DNA from: a virus
Lineage: Duplodnaviria > Caudoviricetes
Strand: one strand, 5' to 3'
IMG/VR virus record: IMGVR_UViG_3300014202_000217
Span: 1-31,521 of that record
Length of the DNA stretch: 31,521 nt
Of this stretch, positions 24,092-31,400 are shown piece by piece. How positions within the stretch are numbered: the first letter of the stretch is position 1; each line of letters starts with the position of its first letter. The position numbers and the translations under genes were made by a program. The notes beneath the pieces were generated by a model. It had not been told where the DNA came from, did not search any database, and worked only from the letters and a program-made list of their open reading frames with translations.

Positions 24092-24850
24092 CTAGAGAAC
24101 TCGGAGCCAGAGCTCCACAATGAGCACAGCGCCCGACAGCACACTGTTCGCAATGAGCCAGGTGCGTTGCCTCTCTAGGGCTGCCATGACAGCAACCTGT
24201 TGCCCCTCAAGCCTGCTCACTCGCTCAATCAAACCAGGCTCACGATAACGCTTATCGCCAGTCAATACTCTGTTCTGCTCGCGGAGCTGCGTCACCACGT
24301 CACGCAGCTCATCGGCTATCTCGTTGAACTGCTCCTCTTTCACCTTGGACCCATCCTGCTCGGAGGGGAAATACCGCAGTGGTGTCGTGCCGGGCAAGGC
24401 TGCTGCACGATACGCCAAATGAATATTTCCACTACTACTGTACGACTGGGCTACCAGAATAGCCGTGCGCCAAGCTGCAACGTCACCGATTTCAGCAATA
24501 CTGGCATACACGTCGTGTTGGTAGCTCGCCTGAAGACGATCAACGAAGGAACCACCGTGGCATGAATTGAGGAAGCTCCACTCTGCGCCAGCGGCACCCA
24601 GTACCTGGGCAAAGGCTCCGGGGGGCAGGATCTCGCCATTGGACAGTAGCAGCCCCTCCTCGGTGGCGTGTCCGGCAAACCAGAAGCCTTCAGCCTCGCC
24701 ATTGGCGTCTTTTGCCGCCTGGAGAATATCTCTCTCCTCAACCTCGCCCTGGACGATAATCGGGCGATAGAGGCAACGCGCTATCGCAGAAACCTCTCCG
24801 TCGAGCGACGGTAGATTCGGCTGCCTCGGCGCCACGATGATAACTGTCAC
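24092..24850 (-). CDS. CHAT (caspase-like) domain protein with coiled coil and C-terminal TM anchor
   Basis: LPSLDGEVSAI, FWFAGHA (catalytic His), FLNSC (catalytic Cys); C-terminal WLIANSVLSGAVLIVELWLRVL. RBS GAGGAG favours GTG 24850. Confidence 0.8.
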   Translation of the reverse strand: MTVIIVAPRQPNLPSLDGEVSAIARCLYRPIIVQGEVEERDILQAAKDANGEAEGFWFAGHATEEGLLLSNGEILPPGAFAQVLGAAGAEWSFLNSCHGGSFVDRLQASYQHDVYASIAEIGDVAAWRTAILVAQSYSSSGNIHLAYRAAALPGTTPLRYFPSEQDGSKVKEEQFNEIADELRDVVTQLREQNRVLTGDKRYREPGLIERVSRLEGQQVAVMAALERQRTWLIANSVLSGAVLIVELWLRVL

Positions 24851-24867
24851 ATTGACTCCTCGCCAAT

Positions 24868-24912
24868 AGAAAAAGCGCCGCCCAGGCAAACGGTTGGCTT
24901 GCGACGGCGGCG
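24868..24912 (-). terminator. Leader terminator-like hairpin before CHAT gene
   Basis: CGCCGCC-guc-GCAAGC-caacc-GUUUGC-cug-GGCGGCG followed by CUUUUUCU. Confidence 0.65.
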
Positions 24913-24931
24913 ACTTCGTAATTCCATGATA

Positions 24932-24980
24932 ATCCTAGCACGAATGTTCGGTAAAGTCAAACAAATGAGAATAATTCTCA
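24932..24980 (-). promoter_or_regulatory. Sigma70 promoter overlapped by a LexA-like box, with upstream palindrome
   Basis: TTGACT (24960-24955), 17 nt, TGn-TAGGAT (24937-24932); CGAAC-ATTC-GTGCT (24950-24937) is one mismatch from GAAC-N4-GTTC; TGAGAAT-A-ATTCTCA at 24966-24980. Confidence 0.65.
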
Positions 24981-25841
24981 GTGAACTGTAAGCACCTTGG
25001 CGATGAGTTGCCCAGGAATACGCCCAGGATGCTGTGAACCAAATAAGTCGTGGCACTTGGCAAAGTTCCACACGTCGTAGGGCTGGATGTTGATGCCCAG
25101 GCGCCCCATGCGCTCTTTGTCGGTGCGTCCTTCCATGTCGATTGCCCAGACAAGCTGCAGGGGCATGTTATATCTCTCGGCTACGTCAAGGTGAGGGTGC
25201 CCTTCGGAGAGGAGATTTTTGATTACTTTCTTATCATCTAAAAAAGTAATCAAAATCTTATGGGCGCTAGGCTGAGAAACCTGTAAAGCATCTGCGATTT
25301 CTCGCTCTGTCCAACCCAACAAGTTCAGCCGAAGCGCCACCATCTTTTGCGTCTCTTTACGTCTCGCCAGGATGTCCGATACATAACTGTGCGAGCTATA
25401 AGACGATACCCCCAGGTACTCAGCGAGAACTGCCAGGGTAAAATCAGGATTCTCCTCATAAATCTCTCGCGCGATTGCCTTGCGCTCGGCTGGCTTGATT
25501 CTGTCGCCGTGCTTGGCGCTCAAGCTGGCAGCATATAACTTGGGGGGGATTCCCTCTGGGATTTCGTGTAGCTCGGCTTCAATTTCCGCAGTCGGTTCCG
25601 ACCATTCCTCGCCCTCCGGCTTTTCCGCATACCATGCCGCGTACAACTTGTGAGCCTCAGTCCGGTGCTTCCCGTCAAGCAGGCGAAGCGTCCCCTTTTC
25701 TAGCACAATCGGAGGGAACTCCTTACCGGCTTTAAGCACGTCTGCGTACTGCTCGATTGTTCCCGTATTCCATTTATCGCGTGGATAAATAGACGGCTCC
25801 CAGACAATGTCCTCTAGCTTAACTCTCACTACTTCTGTCAT
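24978..25841 (-). CDS. ParB-like N-terminal domain + HTH protein ending in a truncated DNA methyltransferase fragment
   Basis: IYPR...FPPIVL...LLDGKHRTEAH (ParB/Srx); WTEREIADALQVSQPSAHKIL HTH; ends YDVWNF...HPGRIPGQLIAKVL*. RBS favours ATG 25841. Confidence 0.8.
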   Translation of the reverse strand: MTEVVRVKLEDIVWEPSIYPRDKWNTGTIEQYADVLKAGKEFPPIVLEKGTLRLLDGKHRTEAHKLYAAWYAEKPEGEEWSEPTAEIEAELHEIPEGIPPKLYAASLSAKHGDRIKPAERKAIAREIYEENPDFTLAVLAEYLGVSSYSSHSYVSDILARRKETQKMVALRLNLLGWTEREIADALQVSQPSAHKILITFLDDKKVIKNLLSEGHPHLDVAERYNMPLQLVWAIDMEGRTDKERMGRLGINIQPYDVWNFAKCHDLFGSQHPGRIPGQLIAKVLTVH

Positions 25842-26046
25842 ACGTTTCACCTTTCACACCACTCACCAAATGAACTCTGCCACGACTGGAGCGCACCACT
25901 AGCCCGGCATTCTCACGCAACTGCTGCCCTATCAGTTCTAGCTGCAGCAGCGCGTCCTCGACTTCCCACGCCATTCGATTCAAGTCGTCCATGCACTGCC
26001 GGTGCAACTGCTCGATCTCCTGGTGTATTGTGTCTATGTAGGGCAT
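25819..26046 (-). CDS. Small coiled-coil hypothetical protein
   Basis: Purine-rich RBS, helical amphipathic sequence, bridges to the ParB gene; overlaps the tail of the upstream ORF. Confidence 0.55.
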   Translation of the reverse strand: MPYIDTIHQEIEQLHRQCMDDLNRMAWEVEDALLQLELIGQQLRENAGLVVRSSRGRVHLVSGVKGETYDRSSES

Positions 26047-26479
26047 TCTCTCTCTCCCATTTCCGATCTCTCCATGAATACAGAATGCACATAACGGCGT
26101 AAGAATTTTTTTTGATCATTCCCGTGATATGCTCGCGCATTTGTCCCTCAAAGGCGCCGTAGTGAATCACCGGGCTGTCGTCCTCGAAACAGAACACAAC
26201 GCCCGCGGCGCGCATGTGACTCATCATTCGGCGCACCAGCGTCTGGTAGGCTCGACCTACCGCTGGCTCAACCTCGATCGTGTCCGCAATCTCCTCCAGA
26301 TCGGGCAGGCACATTATCGGCACATACCAGCGTTTCTCCCCCTTGTCGTATCTGGAGCCAGGAAGAGCGCCAATTCGCTCACTCCCAACCTTTTTGCCAT
26401 GGATGATATTCACCCGGCACTCTGTTTGGCTAACGAAATCTACCTCGATATCTATACCTCGACTTCCGTACCAACTCAT
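25913..26479 (-). CDS. Hypothetical protein with HARP-like motif
   Basis: IGALPGSRYDKGEKRWYVP resembles HARP-domain consensus (IK.LPG..YD...K.W..P). RBS GAAAGGA favours ATG 26479. Confidence 0.55.
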   Translation of the reverse strand: MSWYGSRGIDIEVDFVSQTECRVNIIHGKKVGSERIGALPGSRYDKGEKRWYVPIMCLPDLEEIADTIEVEPAVGRAYQTLVRRMMSHMRAAGVVFCFEDDSPVIHYGAFEGQMREHITGMIKKNSYAVMCILYSWRDRKWERENALHRHNTPGDRAVAPAVHGRLESNGVGSRGRAAAARTDRAAVA

Positions 26480-26563
26480 GTTACAATCCTTTCGCGACCA
26501 TGTCGCATAACTTCTCAGCCCAGGGGGTATCAGGTGATGGATCTCCCTGGGCACCCAACTACT

Positions 26564-26908
26564 CTACAATCGCTGGCGACGATCGCCGCCGTATGCTCTG
26601 CCAAGTTCGGCTATGGCGTGACGGACATTCTCTCTGGCTGTGCAATATTCCAGGTTACTGAGCCGGTTGTCGGTTTTGTCGCCATTTCGGTGGTTGACCT
26701 GCAAAGCTGATTCGCCAATAAATGCCAAGGCAACCAGCCGATGAACCGTCCTACAAACACCGCCCACAGTAACGGTACAGTAGCCTCTAGGATGTGGACT
26801 CGGCTTGATGATCTTCGTTTTCCCCCACTTGTTGCTCATAACCCTGCCCAGGCTGCTCACAAGATAGCCAGGGCAGCTCGGTATTTCTTTCCAAATTTCG
26901 TTTGTCAT
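26564..26908 (-). CDS. NUMOD4-HNH homing endonuclease
   Basis: EIWKEIP..PGYLVSSLGRV (NUMOD4); VHRLVALAF...VNHRNGDKTDNRLSNLEYCT..EN..H (HNH); ATGA-coupled start. Confidence 0.92.
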   Translation of the reverse strand: MTNEIWKEIPSCPGYLVSSLGRVMSNKWGKTKIIKPSPHPRGYCTVTVGGVCRTVHRLVALAFIGESALQVNHRNGDKTDNRLSNLEYCTARENVRHAIAELGRAYGGDRRQRL

Positions 26909-27192
26909 GCTACACTCCAATCCGCAACATCGTTGCGATCTCCTGGTATCGGGCGTGTATCTTTGCCCTTATCGCCCGATACCAACCCTGCCAGACTCAG
27001 AATTTCACACTCAAACTGGCTGCCCTCCACAAAGGCACGCAGCCAGTCCTCGGCGTGCTGAATGCTCACGTCAAGAACCCGCCGCCTGCGCGCCTCCCTG
27101 GAGTCCCGCGCCGCCTGCTTGACCACCGCGGCGAGCAACAGAAAACACTCGTCGAGCTCGCCCTCCTGTTTTGTAATTTTGCCCACGATCAT
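26905..27192 (-). CDS. Small phage hypothetical protein (LLAAVVKQAARD motif)
   Basis: RBS GGGAGGT before ATG 27192; stop coupled to the HNH start. Confidence 0.65.
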   Translation of the reverse strand: MIVGKITKQEGELDECFLLLAAVVKQAARDSREARRRRVLDVSIQHAEDWLRAFVEGSQFECEILSLAGLVSGDKGKDTRPIPGDRNDVADWSVA

Positions 27193-27496
27193 TTTTACCT
27201 CCCATTCGATCAATCGCATTCTGGATACGTCCCTGCAACCAGGTCCACCGCCCAGGCATCGTGTCCCACTCAGCCTGATCCAGTCGCGTCTGGCGCATCA
27301 TCCGTTCGACGGTCTCCGCGTCCGGCCCGACCGCTGCGACCAGGTGCTCGATTAGCAGCGTTGCTGCATACTTGGCATTCCCATTAGCCGGACGCAGGTC
27401 GCCAAAAAATAGTCGGTAGGCTCGCTGCGTCTCGTCTTTTTTGAAAACCCGCTGCCATAGTGCGATGTCCGGTTTGCTAATTTGCGCTATTTCCAT
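27071..27496 (-). CDS. Stand-alone primase helix-bundle (NrS-1 HBD-like) protein
   Basis: RBS GGAGG; GPDAETVERMMRQTRLDQAEWD...TWLQGRIQNAI resembles the G.D...DRLFRQS.L...KWD...TY...TI..A pattern (recalled, not searched). Confidence 0.55.
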   Translation of the reverse strand: MEIAQISKPDIALWQRVFKKDETQRAYRLFFGDLRPANGNAKYAATLLIEHLVAAVGPDAETVERMMRQTRLDQAEWDTMPGRWTWLQGRIQNAIDRMGGKNDRGQNYKTGGRARRVFSVARRGGQAGGAGLQGGAQAAGS

Positions 27497-27507
27497 AACT
27501 ACCTCCG

Positions 27508-29994
27508 TTATAGCCCCGCCGCATCCATTAAATATTCAATATCGTCGTCCTCATAGGGCATTTGGCGCGTCAACTCAACCAGAGCCTGGATGTCCGACTG
27601 ACCCCGGTGGTAATCTGCCAGCAGGATGCTGTCCTCGAAATGCAACCCACCGCCCAACATGTCGTTTAGGGCAACTAGTTCAAAAAATTCCAACTTCGTC
27701 AGCAGATCGCTCCGCCCTGCCAACTCGCTCAATCGCAAATGGGCGACTGAACCGGGTGCCTCCGGGCGTGGCGCCTCCGGTTTGGACGGCATTGCCAAAT
27801 AGCCTGGGGTATAGATAAACCGCGCAATCTCCGAATCCTCCAATTCAGGGTACAAAACGGGGACTGTCTCGAATCGTTGTTGGGCGATCCGATCCACTCG
27901 TTTTTCAGCCAGGCGCAACCCCTCGTCGTCACCATTTTCGCGCGCCTGCTGCGCCTCCCGCGCAGCCCAGTGCTGGGCATTCTGGAGCCGGCTATCCAGG
28001 CGTTGCACCCCAATTTTGTAGGTTTTTGCCTCTGGTAATTTGGCGTCAATCTCGCCGAACACGTCGCCAACCAGGGTATAGTGTTTTCTGGCGCCGAATG
28101 TCGTTGCCTGATCCACCTCTACCAATTCCCACGCCTCCATTTTTCGCAACACGCCAGAGACGGCAGACGGCTTCAGTCCTCGTCGCTGGGCAATTTCCCT
28201 CCGATCCGAACCAGGGTTTTCGAGCAAATCGGCGATTACCAGCAACCCGAATGTACCCAACCCTGGGAGAAAATCGGCAGCAGCGCGAGCCATTAGCTCG
28301 CGATAGGTTTCGAGCGCAGCAGCGCCGATCAACCGTCGCATTTCGGCGACGGAGGCTGGTTTGGACACCAGCGCCGATTTGTAGGCAATGGCTGCCTCGG
28401 CGTAGGCAGGATTTTCAGCCATTAGGCGCCGTTTCTCCGCGTCGATCACCTCTCGCGCCCAGCGCGCTGTGCCTATCGCAAATGCGTCGTCGGCGAGGTG
28501 GGTGGGGAAAACCCCCGTTGTTAATGGTTTAGACACCCCATTACACATTATTGGGGTGTTGTTAGGGGTGTCTAATCCATTAACAACGGGGCGCAATGAA
28601 ACCAGTTGCCCAAGGACTCGCCCATCGGTGTCGGTGTCGGGCGAGTAGTCGATTAGAATTCCGTTGATTCTGTCGAGAAAATTTTTCGCCGTCTGTACGG
28701 AGGTGAGCGCCACCTTGCCCCCATTGCTATCGACACGCGTAATGAGTCGTCGGTAGGAGACACCCACATTTTCAACTCTATTGGCGCGCTCCATAATGCT
28801 GAGCAGGTTTGCGAACAATTTGCGATCGGTGGGTCCGGTTAAATAGCCAATTGCCGATTGCCGTTCTAACGGGACGATCTCCGACCAGTCGGCAAATTCC
28901 ACCAGGCGACGGTAGTGGGCAATGATTGTATCCACCTCTGGGCGTGGATTCTCGCTGACATAGCCTCGTGCATTGGCTATGGTGAGGGCGAGGTAGTGGC
29001 GTCCCCTCTCGGCGAATTTCCCCTCCGTGCCGATAGGATAATGCTCGAACACTGACAGAATGTCGTCGTCAGAGGCGCCGGCGTAGCATAGGGATAAACA
29101 AACGGAGTAGTCAGCCTCGCTACGTTGCCCATTCGGTGCCGGGTTGTGGATCAGGTCGAGAGTATTTTTTGATACGCGCCACTGCGATAGATTCGGACGC
29201 GCTGTTGTTGGCGTGGTGAATTTAACGGCACTACCACTCGATTTGCGGCGTTTTGCGACTGTACTGGCTAGAATAGCATCCAGCGCGTCCGGGATCGGGC
29301 GCCGTTCTACATTCCACGGTTCGTAGCCCTCTACCCAGGCGTAGGCGTTGCCACTGGGGCCGACAGACGGCGCCAGCACCTGGAATCCACCCTCGCCACG
29401 AATGTCGACGCCATCAATACCGGCATTTCGCAACTCGCCATTCGCATTCGTATAGGGTTTGCCCTGTCGATCAAAAACCAGGTGCATACCACCACTATGG
29501 GTCAGCGCCTGTGGCGTCTCCTGATCATCCAGATCAACCAGATCGGACAAATCACATTGATAATGTTGTTTGTAAGTGTCGGCATCCAGGGTCAGTAGAT
29601 TAGAGGGTCCGGTCAGGGTGCCGATATTCCAAACGATTTTTACCCGTTTACCGGTGTCCACGTCGGTGGCGGTGTGAAAGCGCCCCCAGGTGTCATGAGC
29701 TTGGTCAGCGGTGACGCCTACGGTTTCGTTTTTCCAAGCGCCTGCCGGGTGTTTGCCTGGGCTTGGGCATTCGTAATTGGGGTCGAACAGCTTGCCGTTT
29801 TCCTCGCACCATTGCCGGTATTTGTCGCTGCGCTTGAACGATTCGCAGGTGCAGCCCACGCGCCCCGACTCGGAGAATATAGGCGTATGTGTCTTGACAA
29901 TGACGATCCCGGAATCAATATAGCGCATAGCCATGTCGACGGTTTCCTGGCATCGTTTAGCGAGGATTTTAGGGGAATGTTGACTCGTATCCAT
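27508..29994 (-). CDS. Bifunctional primase-polymerase (Prim-Pol) replication protein with primase C-terminal and wHTH domains
   Basis: CTC...C.SPGKHP, NIGTLTG..NLLTLDAD, THSGGMHLVF, GVDIRGEGGFQVLAPS; RSEADYSVCL helical domain; DRREIAQRRGLKPSAVSGVLRKME...LV wHTH; no Walker A. Start reassigned to ATG 29994 (GGGTGA RBS, downstream of hairpin). Confidence 0.88.
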   Translation of the reverse strand: MDTSQHSPKILAKRCQETVDMAMRYIDSGIVIVKTHTPIFSESGRVGCTCESFKRSDKYRQWCEENGKLFDPNYECPSPGKHPAGAWKNETVGVTADQAHDTWGRFHTATDVDTGKRVKIVWNIGTLTGPSNLLTLDADTYKQHYQCDLSDLVDLDDQETPQALTHSGGMHLVFDRQGKPYTNANGELRNAGIDGVDIRGEGGFQVLAPSVGPSGNAYAWVEGYEPWNVERRPIPDALDAILASTVAKRRKSSGSAVKFTTPTTARPNLSQWRVSKNTLDLIHNPAPNGQRSEADYSVCLSLCYAGASDDDILSVFEHYPIGTEGKFAERGRHYLALTIANARGYVSENPRPEVDTIIAHYRRLVEFADWSEIVPLERQSAIGYLTGPTDRKLFANLLSIMERANRVENVGVSYRRLITRVDSNGGKVALTSVQTAKNFLDRINGILIDYSPDTDTDGRVLGQLVSLRPVVNGLDTPNNTPIMCNGVSKPLTTGVFPTHLADDAFAIGTARWAREVIDAEKRRLMAENPAYAEAAIAYKSALVSKPASVAEMRRLIGAAALETYRELMARAAADFLPGLGTFGLLVIADLLENPGSDRREIAQRRGLKPSAVSGVLRKMEAWELVEVDQATTFGARKHYTLVGDVFGEIDAKLPEAKTYKIGVQRLDSRLQNAQHWAAREAQQARENGDDEGLRLAEKRVDRIAQQRFETVPVLYPELEDSEIARFIYTPGYLAMPSKPEAPRPEAPGSVAHLRLSELAGRSDLLTKLEFFELVALNDMLGGGLHFEDSILLADYHRGQSDIQALVELTRQMPYEDDDIEYLMDAAGL
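28513..28591. repeat. 27-bp near-perfect inverted repeat inside rep gene (candidate origin)
   Basis: CCCCGTTGTTAATGG-T-TTAGACACCCC (28513-28539) / GGGGTGTCTAA-T-CCATTAACAACGGGG (28565-28591), 25-nt spacer. Confidence 0.85.
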
Positions 29995-30012
29995 GCAATC
30001 ACCCATTTTCAG

Positions 30013-30042
30013 AAATAAAAAACGCGCCTCGAATGGCGCGTT
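30013..30042 (-). terminator. Leader terminator before rep gene
   Basis: AACGCGCC-AUUCGA-GGCGCGUU followed by UUUUAUUU. Confidence 0.75.
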
Positions 30043-30069
30043 CATGGGTGTACATGCGTTACATTAAAC

Positions 30070-30116
30070 ATTGTATCCAGAGTCACTAGACACACATCGT
30101 GTTATTCTGATACAAT
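30070..30116. promoter_or_regulatory. Back-to-back divergent promoters in an imperfect inverted repeat
   Basis: Plus strand: TAGACA (30087-92), 18 nt, TGn-TACAAT (30111-16). Minus strand: TACAAT (30075-70) with poor -35. Arms ATTGTATCCAGAGTCAC / GTGTTATTCTGATACAAT. Confidence 0.6.
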
Positions 30117-30121
30117 AAATG

Positions 30122-30240
30122 TTGCGTTTCCACGTTATCGATCATAATCTGTCAAAATTAGTAGATCGATAACCCTACGCGCCATATTTGTTTATGGTTT
30201 AGGAGCGGGCATGGTGAGACATGCCCGCTCCTAGTTTTTT
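30122..30240 (+). ncRNA. Candidate ~120-nt small RNA
   Basis: Bounded by the plus-strand promoter and a perfect terminator; internal GTTATCGATC/GATCGATAAC stem (30134-30173); no credible ORF. Confidence 0.5.
30200..30240 (+). terminator. Strong intrinsic terminator
   Basis: TAGGAGCGGGCATG-gtgaga-CATGCCCGCTCCTA followed by GTTTTTT; 14-bp perfect stem. Confidence 0.85.
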
Positions 30241-30470
30241 CTACCAATTACACTAAAATTACATCATTTCGCATAACTCAATTGTAATTTATCTATTGGT
30301 ATATTTTTGTATGTTTGAGTACAATTTTTTCTGACATTTCGTTTACAAAATCAATTAGGTTTTCCCGTTTGACAGGTCGCCCTATTTTACCCTGAGCAAT
30401 TTAGCTGATTTCTTTCTAATATACAGGGCGCCGGCGCCGGTTGGCAATCGTGCAAAAGCACGATTTTTGC

Positions 30471-31352
30471 CTACCCTAGCAATTCGCTCACGGGGCTGGA
30501 TCTCCGGTGGGCTTGCTCTGCGTCCACGTCGGCGACTGCGATATATGGTTTCAACGCCTCTAGGCTTTTGTGCCCTGACAACTTTTTGAGCGTAAATGTA
30601 TCTACCCCTGCCCTTAGCAGCGCTGTCACGAATGTCTTCCTGAGCATGTGAGGCGTCATCCTCACGCCGGACTGCTCTGACAGTCGCTTTGCCCACTGGC
30701 TTATGCCTGACTCGGTTAGTCGACTGCCGCGCTTCTCTGACAACCACAATGCGCCCGATTCCAGCTTTGCCGTCTTGGTGTAACGTAGCAGCGTTTTACG
30801 CGTTCGTGGGCTGATATAAGCGGTTCGATCGCGCCGTGGCTTGCCTTCTCGGATAAGGATTGTCCCATCTGCTATGTTCACGTCAGTCAGATCCATGTTG
30901 ATTAGTTCCTCAGCCCTGGCGCCGGTATCCAGCGCTACCAGAAATAGTGCTCTGTCCCGGTCACTGGTGCAAGCTTTATACAGCCGTTGCACTTCATCTG
31001 CCGTAAGTGTGCGTGGAAGTCTTTCCACTATGCGCGGCAACTTGACGCGGTCTGCCGGCGAGGCGCTGATCATTTGCTCATCAACACAAAAGCTCAAGAA
31101 CGTCTTCACGTCTACCATCCGGCTTTTGGCGCTTATGTCTGCCATTGTCTTGATTAGGTGCGCTTGATACAGTCGAATGTGGGTAGTGGTTAGATCGCCA
31201 ACCGTTGCCAAACCTTGATCGTCGCACCAGGTTACAAACTTGGCGAGTCTGGCTCGGTAGGTCTTGAGGGTTTTTTGTGCGAGGTTCTGCGCTTCCCTGT
31301 CCAACAAGAACAGTTCCAACGCATCAGTTAGAAGCAACCTTTGCTGCACCAC
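30471..31352 (-). CDS. int: Tyrosine recombinase/integrase (XerC/D-like)
   Basis: SAM-like N domain; catalytic R (TGARAEE), K (REGK), HxxR (PHMLRK), H (LSGH), Y (KPY). Confidence 0.95.
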   Translation of the reverse strand: MVQQRLLLTDALELFLLDREAQNLAQKTLKTYRARLAKFVTWCDDQGLATVGDLTTTHIRLYQAHLIKTMADISAKSRMVDVKTFLSFCVDEQMISASPADRVKLPRIVERLPRTLTADEVQRLYKACTSDRDRALFLVALDTGARAEELINMDLTDVNIADGTILIREGKPRRDRTAYISPRTRKTLLRYTKTAKLESGALWLSEKRGSRLTESGISQWAKRLSEQSGVRMTPHMLRKTFVTALLRAGVDTFTLKKLSGHKSLEALKPYIAVADVDAEQAHRRSSPVSELLG

Positions 31353-31355
31353 GGT

Positions 31356-31400
31356 AAAAAGCCCTCAGAGCAACGGCACACGTCCACTGCTGAAGAGCTC
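31356..31400 (-). terminator. G-U-rich leader hairpin with U-tract sequestering the probable integrase RBS
   Basis: GAGCUCUU-c-AGCAGUGG...CCGUUGCU-cu-GAGGGCUU followed by UUU; the only SD-like GAGGG lies in the 3' arm. Confidence 0.55.

Larger units (their letters stand above)
3413..31400 (-). mobile_element. Temperate siphovirus-like phage/prophage (integrase, replication, packaging, head and tail modules); may extend over the plus-strand module and beyond the window
   Basis: Co-oriented integrase, Prim-Pol, TerS/TerL, portal, scaffold, capsid, neck, tail tube, chaperone, tape measure and tail fibre genes in canonical order. No sheath gene. Boundaries and att sites not visible. Confidence 0.95.

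Noticed and set aside
29995-30045. Listed N-terminal extension of the rep ORF (start 30045); likewise 24851-24889 for CHAT
   Set aside because: These extensions run through terminator hairpins; better RBS-start pairs lie downstream (29994 and 24850).
30050-30061. GTAC-ATGC-GTTA as a second LexA box near the rep promoter
   Set aside because: Too degenerate to call without a host-specific matrix.
30200-30234. AGGAG + ATG micro-ORFs on both strands (MVRHARS, MSHHARS) as leader peptides
   Set aside because: Both arise from the symmetry of the terminator stem and would be sequestered in it; no independent support.
30240-30470. AT-rich tract downstream of integrase as attP/attL
   Set aside because: Plausible location, but no duplicated core, tRNA fragment or clear arm repeats could be identified in this window.
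30382-30747. 121-aa basic ORF overlapping the integrase 3' end as an excisionase
   Set aside because: Out-of-frame overlap with the catalytic domain and no HTH pattern.
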